64,000 bases of DNA from Spirochaetota bacterium (GTDB lineage Bacteria; Spirochaetota; UBA6919; CBDBPB01). Below the pieces are notes generated by a model. That model saw only the letters and a program-made list of their open reading frames with translations. It searched no databases and was not told where the DNA came from. Below are positions 38,881 through 48,229 of the stretch, one piece after another. Positions within the stretch are counted from its first letter, which is position 1, and every line of letters begins with the position of its first letter. The position numbers were made by a program, and so were the translations under genes. The stretch spans positions 32,001 to 96,000 of the forward strand of contig CBDBPB010000007.1 of assembly GCA_965208615.1 (NCBI GenBank), in the 5' to 3' direction.

Positions 38881-39693
38881 GTGCTTAGTCTAAGGGAAAA
38901 GGCAAGGTATATGAAAATGGGTTTTAGAGAAAAGGCTAGTTATGTTTTGCAAAAGAGTAATGACTCGAAGGATGATAATTTAAAAGTAAATGAAGAGTTT
39001 TTGGAGTCAGAAGTGGGCAGTGATAAGGCAGTAGAACAGCCTCCTATAAAGGATGAGGACACTTTAGACCAGATTACAAATACTGATTCTATTTATATAG
39101 GGGATAGGTTAGAGCATGAGAATAGTAAAATGCCGGATTATATTAGCGGATTATCTAGCTTAACCTCTTTTATTAAGCTGTTAGAAAAGGACTTTGAGGA
39201 TAAATCATCTATTACTTATAGTGATGCGACTAATATTTTAACCAAGCTTTTAAGGAAGTTAAACGAGTTGTTTGGCGTTGGAATGGCATCTATTCTAATT
39301 AATAATGCTGATAACAACTTAGAATCTTGTAGTACTATTGGTTTTACTGGTAATGAGAATAAAAAGTTTATTTTATCGAAAAGCGATAAACAACTAAGGG
39401 AGTTTTTTTATAAATGCGATACTACTTTTATAGATGGCTATAAAAATAACAATGAGATATCTAATGGACTAGCCGACAATATGACTAATGTTAGATTTTT
39501 TTTACTTTTGCCAATGGTTGTTCAAGGGCATTTCTTTGGAGCATTAAATATATTGAGTTTAGAAGACCAATCAGTAGAAAAGTTATCTAGTAAAGAGGTT
39601 GAGGTATTTTCTATTATTAGTTTTTTATTTAGTTCTATTTTGTATAGGCTTATTGGACATTTATCCAGCATTGATGAGCAGGATAAAGGTTGA
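38881..39693 (+). CDS. Putative GAF-domain protein
   Basis: ASILI...LLLPMVVQGHFFGALNI...EVEVFSII pattern. Starts 3 bp after the acidic protein. Confidence 0.6.
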   Translation: MLSLREKARYMKMGFREKASYVLQKSNDSKDDNLKVNEEFLESEVGSDKAVEQPPIKDEDTLDQITNTDSIYIGDRLEHENSKMPDYISGLSSLTSFIKLLEKDFEDKSSITYSDATNILTKLLRKLNELFGVGMASILINNADNNLESCSTIGFTGNENKKFILSKSDKQLREFFYKCDTTFIDGYKNNNEISNGLADNMTNVRFFLLLPMVVQGHFFGALNILSLEDQSVEKLSSKEVEVFSIISFLFSSILYRLIGHLSSIDEQDKG

Positions 39694-39719
39694 TTTTAAG
39701 TTAGAGCTTCAAGTTTATT

Positions 39720-40505
39720 CTAAAGGCTCCTTTGGAATATAAACTCATTACATCCCGTTGGAACTAAAGCCTTATTTAACTTTATATGCTTAAAACCTAA
39801 ATTAGTTATGTAATTAATAACCTCATCCGCTGTTGCATACTCATAAGGATAGCCTCCCACCCAATCAATTACGTCATAAAAGAAATCCATTCCCCTGGAT
39901 TTATTTAAAGGATTCCCCTTTGTAACAACGAGCTTGGCTAAAAAGATTATGGGGAATAAAGAATATATATAAACATACTTGAAAACCTTTGGAGAACGAT
40001 TATATAGCCACTTTATAAAAAGCCAAATCAATGAAGACCAATGTCTATTATAAATTGATAAAACATAATAACCCTTTGAATTAACCAATTCTGAACTCTT
40101 TTTAATAGCAGACCACATATCCCCAGTATGGTGTAAAACACCCCATGAATGAACAACGTCATATAGCTTATTATGACTTTTAATCTGGCTAATAACTTTG
40201 TTATCCAAGATTGAGCCAGTTATAGTGGGTATATCCTTATCTTTTAATGAGTCAAACTTTTTTTTATTATAGTCAATAACCTCTTTAGATAATGGATTAA
40301 TATCAACTCCCAGAGGCTTAGCACCCATCTCCGTAGCAATAAGCAGTGATAACCCCTGACCAAACCCAATATCTAAAAAAGACCTATCCCTAATGTTAAT
40401 ATCAGCAAATAAATCCTTAAAAGCTATTTTTGCTTGATCAACCTTCTCTTTGGTTAATGCCTTATTAGAAAAGTTCTTCCAATTCTCTCCAAAGTTAAAT
40501 TGCAT
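39720..40505 (-). CDS. Class I SAM-dependent methyltransferase
   Basis: FLDIGFGQG, YDVVHSWGVLHHTG and DWVGGYPYE motifs. Confidence 0.88.
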   Translation of the reverse strand: MQFNFGENWKNFSNKALTKEKVDQAKIAFKDLFADINIRDRSFLDIGFGQGLSLLIATEMGAKPLGVDINPLSKEVIDYNKKKFDSLKDKDIPTITGSILDNKVISQIKSHNKLYDVVHSWGVLHHTGDMWSAIKKSSELVNSKGYYVLSIYNRHWSSLIWLFIKWLYNRSPKVFKYVYIYSLFPIIFLAKLVVTKGNPLNKSRGMDFFYDVIDWVGGYPYEYATADEVINYITNLGFKHIKLNKALVPTGCNEFIFQRSL

Positions 40506-40514
40506 ATATATCCC

Positions 40515-40718
40515 TTAAAAGTTAAGCTTAATTCTACCTATTATCCTTTCTAGATCACTAATCCTATTATTATACTCATCCAAAAGCTCACTAAGCAAAA
40601 TGGGCGAAATAGTAGATCGCTTATATTTATCCTTTGAGCATAATAATAATGCCTCTTGTATAGACTTTTTATATATTATACAATGGCCTTTATACTGTGA
40701 ACAAACCTCACAAAGCAT
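40515..40718 (-). CDS. Small hypothetical Cys-containing protein
   Basis: 67-aa ORF filling the gap in a co-directional run. Contains CEVC..C..C. Confidence 0.5.
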   Translation of the reverse strand: MLCEVCSQYKGHCIIYKKSIQEALLLCSKDKYKRSTISPILLSELLDEYNNRISDLERIIGRIKLNF

Positions 40719-41904
40719 TTTTAACCTTCTGCTTAAATAAATTACCTAAGTCAAGTTCTTTATAGATTCCAGCAGAGGCAGGCATAACATCAACCGAAAG
40801 ATAAACCTTTCTCTTTTCAGGTAAAAAAACCATAGCCTGTATGTTCTGATCAGCTAAAGCAACTAATCCTAAAGTAGTTTTTATAGTGGATAAACTAATC
40901 CTAATCCCAAAAGTATTATGATAATTACTTACCATACTCATAATATTATACCTATAACCTTTATCAGAACTGGATAGCTTACCCTCTTCCTCAATAAAAT
41001 AGTTGGTGGCAAGTAGACTATGTCCAGTAAACCTTCTTATATTGGGCTTTCTGATAGGGGATAGCTCAAACACTAAAGCATTATTATTTGTATCAGCAAC
41101 GGTAAGGTTATTAGCAGAGGCAATATTAATAATCTTATTAAAGTATTTAACACTACCATTAACGGTCTTTTCTTTTTCTAAAAGCTCCCTAAAGGCAATA
41201 GTACTCGGTATATACGGCTTATAGTTCTTTTTACCGGTAGCACTAACAAGCATATTAGCCGTTAAACCATACTCATTCATGGCGGATACTGCACCAATAA
41301 GACCAGGCCAAGTTATAGATATAACCTTATTAGCGTTATCCGAGTGATATACAACAATTATATCATATTTATTAAGCACTCCCAAAGGATAAAAATCAAG
41401 ATTACGCCCCACCATTAATGTATTCTCTTCTGAATTAGCCTTCTTAACCACGAAAGTACTGCAGAACATATACTCCCTCATCTCTAAGAAGGTGTTGGCC
41501 AAGAGTATATGGTCATAAGGTATATTTGATGTTTCACTAATACCAAGCATCTCATCTAAATAACGCTTTGGTATAGTTTTCTCCATAGCATAAGCCTTTT
41601 TAAGAGCCTCTTTATACTTATCACTATGCTTTGGGAATAATTTCTTATGGAATAAATAACCATTTACTAATGCCCTAATCTGTTTAGCCGTAAGATAGCC
41701 TAAAGCCTTACCCATTTCTTTAGGCGTACCATATAGATGGACAATAGGTATACCCTTTTTGAACTCTAAATAAGACTTATTATATTTGCCTTTAGAAAAT
41801 GGATGTATAGGCTTGGCTGATAGCTTAGGCTCAGGACTAAATACAATACAAAATATACTAACAAGAATAATAATACTAAGCCCTGCCCATATAACCTTTT
41901 TCAT
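40708..41904 (-). CDS. C45/acid-ceramidase-like Ntn hydrolase, N-terminal TM or signal
   Basis: Nucleophile motif FCSTF, GRNLD, WPGLIG..SAMNEYGL and TNYF. Confidence 0.82.
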   Translation of the reverse strand: MKKVIWAGLSIIILVSIFCIVFSPEPKLSAKPIHPFSKGKYNKSYLEFKKGIPIVHLYGTPKEMGKALGYLTAKQIRALVNGYLFHKKLFPKHSDKYKEALKKAYAMEKTIPKRYLDEMLGISETSNIPYDHILLANTFLEMREYMFCSTFVVKKANSEENTLMVGRNLDFYPLGVLNKYDIIVVYHSDNANKVISITWPGLIGAVSAMNEYGLTANMLVSATGKKNYKPYIPSTIAFRELLEKEKTVNGSVKYFNKIINIASANNLTVADTNNNALVFELSPIRKPNIRRFTGHSLLATNYFIEEEGKLSSSDKGYRYNIMSMVSNYHNTFGIRISLSTIKTTLGLVALADQNIQAMVFLPEKRKVYLSVDVMPASAGIYKELDLGNLFKQKVKNAL

Positions 41905-41919
41905 AAAGCTTATCCTTGT

Positions 41920-42180
41920 CTACACCTTAAAAAGCTGTCTCATATCCTCACGGTTAAAGCCTCTACCAGGTGTATAAGGTTTTATCCACTGTCCATCAAG
42001 GTAGAAGTGGGGTATAGCCTTTTTACCAGTCTCTTTTTCTAAATAGTGAGCCGCCTCTTCGTTTTTATCTATATCCACCAAAGTATATGGTATTTTAAAC
42101 TCTTTCAAAAAAGATAATGCCCTCTTACAATCAGGACACCACGGTGTTGAATAAACTCTTAACTCTTTATAGTCTAACAC
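41920..42180 (-). CDS. Glutaredoxin-like protein
   Basis: VYSTPWCPDC and AIP cis-Pro motifs. Confidence 0.88.
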   Translation of the reverse strand: MLDYKELRVYSTPWCPDCKRALSFLKEFKIPYTLVDIDKNEEAAHYLEKETGKKAIPHFYLDGQWIKPYTPGRGFNREDMRQLFKV

Positions 42181-42289
42181 TCTAACTCCTTAGTTTAAAT
42201 TTAGTAAAACTATAGTAAACCTAACAAGTTAAAAACTCTATGTCAAGACTTTTATTAGTTAAACCAGATAACTTAAGCTTTATAATTGA

Positions 42290-44059
42290 CTAACCTAAAG
42301 CATTTATACTATCTACAAAGTTATTAGCAAAGCTATCCAAGTCCTTTTTAGCGGATAGTTTAGCATTATCTAAATTATCCACATTACTCTTTATTATGCT
42401 AAAATAAAACTTTATCTTAGGCTCAGTCCCACTAGGCCTAATGGTAACCTTGCTATTATCCTCGAGATAAAATGTTAATACATTACTCTTTGGTAAGTCA
42501 AGAGGCTCTTCTTTACCATTTGTTAGATCAGTTGTCTTACCAAGATAGACATCCCTTATGCGGATAACCTTTGAATTGTTTATCCTATCAGGTGGACTAT
42601 CCCTAAAATGGGTGATTATCTTTTGTATTTGTTCAACACCCTCTTTACCCTTCAAAGTTAGAGACCTAAGACCCTCTAAATAAAAGCCGTATTTCTTATA
42701 TATCTCATCAAGATAGTCTATTAACGTAATACCCTTATTCTTGCATAGTGCGGCAACCTCGGCAATAATAGCACATGTACTAACCGCATCCTTATCCCTA
42801 ACAAAGTCTCCTAAAAGATAACCGTAACTTTCCTCAAAACCAAATATATACTCTTTTGATTTATTCTCCAAATCATGGTACTGATAAATCTTCTCAGCAA
42901 TATACTTAAATCCAGTAAGAACCTCAAACTGATGGACATTAAAGTCATCGCAGATAGCACTAGTCAAATCAGTGGATACTATTGTCTTAACTACAAAGCT
43001 ATCTTTAGGTAAACGTCCATGAGCCTTATACTGAGATAGCAAATAATAAGTGATAATAACTCCCACTTGATTACCGTTTAAAAGTATAAAGTCATTTTTA
43101 TGTTTAATAGCAGTACCAACCCTGTCTCCATCAGGATCAGTAGCTAATACTATATCACTATCATTAGTCTTAGCTAACTTTATAGCAAGTTCTAAGGCTT
43201 TACTCTCCTCAGGGTTAGGATAGCTAACCGTAGGAAAGTTACCATCAGGCTCTTCCTGCTCCTTAACCACGTATACATTATTAAAACCCCATCTTTTAAG
43301 AAGCTCTCTTACAGCTATATTAGATGCCCCGTGTAATGGAGTGAATACAATTTTAAGCTTATCAGACATCTGTTTTACGGTATCCCTGTTTATGGATAGT
43401 GAAAGTGCCCGTTTATAATAAGCCTCATCAACCTCTTTGTCTATATAAGACAATAAACTTTTATTAATAGCCTCTTTTTCGGATATAGACTTTACCTCAG
43501 ACATTGACTTTATAGCCCTCACCTCATCAATTATACCAACGTCATGAGGAGGTAAGACCTGCCCCCCGTCTTTGTAGTATACCTTATAGCCATTATACTC
43601 AGGTGGATTATGACTAGCAGTAACCACAATACCAGCAATAGCATTTAAACGCCTTATAGCAAAAGACAATATAGGAGTAGGGCGTAGTGAACTAAAAATA
43701 TACGCCTTAATACCATTTGCAGCAAATATTAACCCAGACCTAAGTGCAAATATGTCAGAGAAGTTCCGTGAGTCATAGGCTATAACAATCCCTTTGCTAT
43801 AATCCTTTTCGTTCTTAGTTATGTAGTTGGCAATACCCTGTGCAGACTTTCCAACGGTATATATATTCATCCTATTGGTACCAGCACCAATAACGCCCCT
43901 TAGTCCCCCTGTACCAAAGTCTAACTCTTTATAAAAGCGATCTGTTAACTCAGCCTCGTTGTTCTGCTGAACCAGCTTATTAATCTCAAGCTGGGTATCT
44001 TTATCGTAGTCATCCCCAAGCCATTCTTTTATACGATCTTGGATAAGTTTATCAAGCAT
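42290..44059 (-). CDS. pgm: Phosphoglucomutase/phosphomannomutase
   Basis: FGTGGLRG, TASHNP, DPDGDR, FEESYG and RPSGTEPK motifs. Confidence 0.95.
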   Translation of the reverse strand: MLDKLIQDRIKEWLGDDYDKDTQLEINKLVQQNNEAELTDRFYKELDFGTGGLRGVIGAGTNRMNIYTVGKSAQGIANYITKNEKDYSKGIVIAYDSRNFSDIFALRSGLIFAANGIKAYIFSSLRPTPILSFAIRRLNAIAGIVVTASHNPPEYNGYKVYYKDGGQVLPPHDVGIIDEVRAIKSMSEVKSISEKEAINKSLLSYIDKEVDEAYYKRALSLSINRDTVKQMSDKLKIVFTPLHGASNIAVRELLKRWGFNNVYVVKEQEEPDGNFPTVSYPNPEESKALELAIKLAKTNDSDIVLATDPDGDRVGTAIKHKNDFILLNGNQVGVIITYYLLSQYKAHGRLPKDSFVVKTIVSTDLTSAICDDFNVHQFEVLTGFKYIAEKIYQYHDLENKSKEYIFGFEESYGYLLGDFVRDKDAVSTCAIIAEVAALCKNKGITLIDYLDEIYKKYGFYLEGLRSLTLKGKEGVEQIQKIITHFRDSPPDRINNSKVIRIRDVYLGKTTDLTNGKEEPLDLPKSNVLTFYLEDNSKVTIRPSGTEPKIKFYFSIIKSNVDNLDNAKLSAKKDLDSFANNFVDSINALG

Positions 44060-44122
44060 AATATTGTCCTATAATACAGTTTAGTTAAATTATATTATAG
44101 GCGTATAGTTTAGTCAACTTCT

Positions 44123-44866
44123 TTATTTAAAAATAACTTTACAACCAGGCAAAAGTTCTTTTAGTCTGTTAATCTCTTCTCCACTAATAGGATTACCCCA
44201 TAAAGTAAGCTTCTTTAAGTTCTTTAATTGCCCAATCTCTTTTGGGATAGTCTTAAGCTGGTTATGGCCTAAACTAAGCTCCTTTAAGTTCTTTAATTGC
44301 CCAATCTCTTTTGGGATAGTCTTAAGCTGGTTATGGCCTAAACTAAGCTCCTTTAAGTTCTTTAATTGACCAATCTCTTTTGGGATAGTCTTAAGCTGGT
44401 TAAAGTCTAACCAAAGCTCCTTTAAGTTTGTTAACTGTACAATCTCTTTTGGGATAGTCTTAAGCTGGTTATTGTATAACCAAAGCTCCTTTAAGTTCTT
44501 TAATTGACCAATTTCTTTTGGGATAGTCTTAAGCTGGTTATTGTATAAATAAAGCGATTCTAAGTTTGTTAATTGTACAATCTCTTTTGGGATAGTCTTA
44601 AGCTGGTTATTGTATAACCAAAGCTTCTCTAAGTTCTTTAACTGTACAATCTCTTTTGGGATAGTCTTAAGCTGGTTATAATCTAAAGTAAGCTCCTTTA
44701 AGTTATTTAATAGCCCTATCTTTGTTAATAGTCTTATAGTTAGCGGAAGTTCTGTTAATTTACTATTAGACAAATCTAAACTTTCTTTGTTTAAAAAAGA
44801 AACAGGAACAGAAGCTAATATGACTATAACAGTTAATAAAATAATGGTTAGTTTTTTCCTTTTCAT
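44123..44866 (-). CDS. Leucine-rich repeat protein (Leptospira-type 23-aa LRR) with signal or TM
   Basis: Seven [22 protein letters not shown] units and an NPIS..EI.RLKELLP.C cap. Confidence 0.92.
   Translation of the reverse strand: MKRKKLTIILLTVIVILASVPVSFLNKESLDLSNSKLTELPLTIRLLTKIGLLNNLKELTLDYNQLKTIPKEIVQLKNLEKLWLYNNQLKTIPKEIVQLTNLESLYLYNNQLKTIPKEIGQLKNLKELWLYNNQLKTIPKEIVQLTNLKELWLDFNQLKTIPKEIGQLKNLKELSLGHNQLKTIPKEIGQLKNLKELSLGHNQLKTIPKEIGQLKNLKKLTLWGNPISGEEINRLKELLPGCKVIFK
44220..44703 (-). repeat. 69-bp tandem repeat x7 (LRR)
   Basis: TCTTTTGGGATAGTCTTAAGCTGGTTA recurs every 69 bp. Confidence 0.9.
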
Positions 44867-44966
44867 TTATTACTCCTATTCTAAATATATTAGAGGCTAT
44901 AAAGCTATATATAGCTCTATGAGAAATCAACTATTACAAAACATTTTGTAGTAAAGTAATTAACAA

Positions 44967-46448
44967 TTAGCTTTTATCATGGGCAATAAAGAACTCACTA
45001 ACAAAGTTAATACTCTCTTCGGATGGCTTATAGCGTAATAGACTATTCAAACATACATCACAGTTATAACATTTTTCAGCCTTATAATCCACGAGGCTAT
45101 TCCTTAAGAATACCATTCTACACTTTTTAGTTGATGTATAATCTATCATTTGCTTTAGTTCATTTAGCCTATGTTGTTTTAGCTTAAGGTGATGGTATAA
45201 GCTAATTCTATAGGGATATTTAATAAGATGATATTTACCATTATTTAGTTTTATAACTTTCTTTTTTTCCATATTAAGGAGTATAGCTTTTAATATTGTA
45301 TTGGATAAGCCTGTTTTATTTGCTATATCAGTAAGGTTATCCCCATTTTTTAGTGCATCAAGGATTAGGTAATAGTCTTTCTTATTAGGGCAGGCGGATA
45401 TAATACCGTTCTCATGAGTATTTTTATCATTTTGGTTATATAACAGTATAACTTTTGCTTTTTTACCATCTCTACCTGCTCTACCGATCTCTTGATAATA
45501 GTGCATAGGGGATGCGGTTATGTTAGTGTGTATTACAAAACGTATATCTGGCTTATCCAGACCCATACCAAGGGCATTGGTAGCACATACCACTTTATAT
45601 TTATTTTGTATAAGGTTTTGTTCGACATATAGTCTTTTATTTTTCTCCATACCTGCGTGATATGCTGTTGATGGTATATTTAGTGAGTTTATAAGGTTGC
45701 TGTATAGTTCTGTATCCCTTCTTTTGGCTGAGTATATTAACCCAATACCGTTTAACTTGGGGATAATATCTTTTATATAAGCAAACTTAGATTGCTTATC
45801 TATTACTTTTACCACTGATAAATTAAGGCTAGGACGATCAAGACTGGCTCTAAGGACTTTAGCTTTACCCATTTGTGATTTAATATCCTTAATAGTTTTT
45901 TTATTGGCTGTAGCCGTTGTACTAAGTATTGGTATATTGGTTTTGATAGTATTTATTGTTTTTATAATGTTTTGGTATGATGGTCTAAAGTTATGCCCCC
46001 ATTGGGATATACAATGTGCTTCATCTATTACTATCATGGAGATGTTTAGACTATTTATATAATCTATCCACGATTTGCTTTCTTGGTGTTCGGGGGATAT
46101 ATACAAAAGTTTAAGCTCACCATTTAGGGCTGATGATATTATATTTTGTTTTTCTTTATACGTTTGTCCGCTGTATAGGGCTTTTCCTTGTATATTAAGT
46201 AGGCTTAGGTTATTTATTTGGTCTCTCATTAGGGATATTAACGGGCTAAACACTAAGGTAATGCCTTCTAGTTGGGTAGCGGTAAACTGATAACATAGTG
46301 ATTTACCAAAGCCTGTTTTTTCTATTAGTATGACGGACTTTTTATTTAGTAGTTTTTTAATTACGGTCCACTGGTTGTCGTAGAAGTTATTTATTTTAAA
46401 GAGGTTTTTTAATTTTTGTTCATACTCTTTGCGGTTAGGGTATGACAT
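44967..46448 (-). CDS. recQ: RecQ-family ATP-dependent DNA helicase
   Basis: TGFGKSLCYQ, DEAHCISQWGHNFRP, QEIGRAGRDG and the Zn-binding CR..CYNCDVC motif. Confidence 0.93.
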   Translation of the reverse strand: MSYPNRKEYEQKLKNLFKINNFYDNQWTVIKKLLNKKSVILIEKTGFGKSLCYQFTATQLEGITLVFSPLISLMRDQINNLSLLNIQGKALYSGQTYKEKQNIISSALNGELKLLYISPEHQESKSWIDYINSLNISMIVIDEAHCISQWGHNFRPSYQNIIKTINTIKTNIPILSTTATANKKTIKDIKSQMGKAKVLRASLDRPSLNLSVVKVIDKQSKFAYIKDIIPKLNGIGLIYSAKRRDTELYSNLINSLNIPSTAYHAGMEKNKRLYVEQNLIQNKYKVVCATNALGMGLDKPDIRFVIHTNITASPMHYYQEIGRAGRDGKKAKVILLYNQNDKNTHENGIISACPNKKDYYLILDALKNGDNLTDIANKTGLSNTILKAILLNMEKKKVIKLNNGKYHLIKYPYRISLYHHLKLKQHRLNELKQMIDYTSTKKCRMVFLRNSLVDYKAEKCYNCDVCLNSLLRYKPSEESINFVSEFFIAHDKS

Positions 46449-46454
46449 TAATTT

Positions 46455-46871
46455 TTATTCTCCGATTATGGTTAATACAAGTTGCCTTGATCCGCCGTAA
46501 TCCCTGTGTTCACATAGGTATATACCTTGCCACGTACCCAGGTTTAGTTTGTAGTTACTAATTGGGATAGTTAAAGAACTACCTAGTATAGACGATTTTA
46601 GGTGTGCAGGCATATCGTCTTTGCCTTCTAGGGTATGTTTATAATGCTTTGCGTTTTCGGGGATCATTATATTAAAGTGGCTTTCAAAGTCTTGTCTGAC
46701 GGTGGGGTCTGCGTTTTCGTTTATGGTTAGGCTTGCTGATGAGTGTTTTATAAATATGTGTAATAATCCTGTTTTGACTTTGTTTATAGTTTCTTTTTCA
46801 ATTAGCTTAGTTATTATGTGAAAGCCTCTTGGATATGGTGCTAATGTTATTTCTTTTTGTGATAGGTCCAT
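46455..46871 (-). CDS. yjbQ: YjbQ/UPF0047 protein
   Basis: HSSASLTINENADP, DMPAHLK and LGTWQGIYLCEHR motifs. Confidence 0.93.
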   Translation of the reverse strand: MDLSQKEITLAPYPRGFHIITKLIEKETINKVKTGLLHIFIKHSSASLTINENADPTVRQDFESHFNIMIPENAKHYKHTLEGKDDMPAHLKSSILGSSLTIPISNYKLNLGTWQGIYLCEHRDYGGSRQLVLTIIGE

Positions 46872-46903
46872 ATTTTTATGATAGTAGGTATGCCGTAAAA
46901 TAT

Positions 46904-48031
46904 TTATCGTTTATTAATAGGCATAACTTTACGTTCGTTAGGCCCTATATATTGGCTTAACGGTCTTATTAGGCGATTATCTTTAAGTTGTTCCATTATA
47001 TGTGCAGTCCAACCTGTTATACGGCTTATAACAAAGATAGGGGTAAAGGTTTCTATATTAAAGCCCATCATATAGTATGCAGGGCCTGTTGGGAAGTCTA
47101 AATTAGGGTGTATATTCTTTTCTTTTAGCATATGGTCTTTTAGGATGTGATATATTTTAGCCCATTTATCCTGACCTTTTATCTCAGCCATTTTTAGCAT
47201 ATACTTTTGCATAGTGGGTACTCTAGAGTCACCTTTTTTATATACTCTATGTCCAAAGCCCATTATTTTGGTATTATTTTTCAATGCTGTTTCAAGCCAT
47301 GCTTTTGCATTATTGGGATCATTAATTTCTTTCATGGTATGCATAACTGCTTCATTGGCTCCACCGTGCAGTGGACCTTTTAGGGAGCCAATAGCCCCTG
47401 TTACAGCTGAATATATATCAGATAGTGACGATATAACGACTCTAGCCGTAAAAGTGGAGGCATTAAATGTGTGTTCTGCATATAGGATCATGGATACGTC
47501 AAAAGCTTTTATTACGTATTCGTTGGGAACTTCATTAAAGCACATATAAAAGAAGTTTTCTGCTATTGAGAGGTCATTACGAGGATCAATGATATTTTTA
47601 CCTTGTCTTGATCTAAAATCAGCGGCAACAATGATTGGTATTTTAGCTAATAATTTAATAGACTTAATATAATTAGACTCACGGCTAAGAGAACCAGCAT
47701 CACTATCTTCGGTACCTAAAAAGCTAACAGCAGTTTTTAGAGAGTCCATTGGATGGCATTTATTATTAAATAGTTTTATTAGGGTTTTAAGCTTGTCGGA
47801 TATAGTTCTATATGTTTTTTCGTTTTGTATAAAGCTACTAAGTTCTGTTTGATTAGGCAATTCACCGTTTAACAAGAGGTATGCAACCTCTTCAAAGGAG
47901 CAGTTTTCAGCTAAGTCCTGTACAGGATAGCCATAATAGACCAGAGCATTAATTTCTGGCATAACCTTTGACACAGATGATTCATCGACAATAACACCTT
48001 CTAGACCTTTTCTTGCTTTCATTTTTTCCAT
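46904..48031 (-). CDS. prpC: 2-methylcitrate synthase / citrate synthase
   Basis: KGLEGV, EHTFNAST, GPLHGGANE, GFGHRVY and PNLDF motifs. Divergent from prpE. Confidence 0.85.
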   Translation of the reverse strand: MEKMKARKGLEGVIVDESSVSKVMPEINALVYYGYPVQDLAENCSFEEVAYLLLNGELPNQTELSSFIQNEKTYRTISDKLKTLIKLFNNKCHPMDSLKTAVSFLGTEDSDAGSLSRESNYIKSIKLLAKIPIIVAADFRSRQGKNIIDPRNDLSIAENFFYMCFNEVPNEYVIKAFDVSMILYAEHTFNASTFTARVVISSLSDIYSAVTGAIGSLKGPLHGGANEAVMHTMKEINDPNNAKAWLETALKNNTKIMGFGHRVYKKGDSRVPTMQKYMLKMAEIKGQDKWAKIYHILKDHMLKEKNIHPNLDFPTGPAYYMMGFNIETFTPIFVISRITGWTAHIMEQLKDNRLIRPLSQYIGPNERKVMPINKR

Positions 48032-48229
48032 AACTACCTACCTTTTATAGAAGTGATACTTGACAATTATATGTTAAATAGCTAACTTAACAAGTATAAT
48101 AACAACTAATCATATTGGCAATATACAAAGCTATATTCTTCAATATAAAAGCTAATTTTTATTTACTTTTTAAGTTAAAAATCTTTTAAGGGTTAGAAGG
48201 CAAGATATATTGTTAAAAGGGAGATATAT

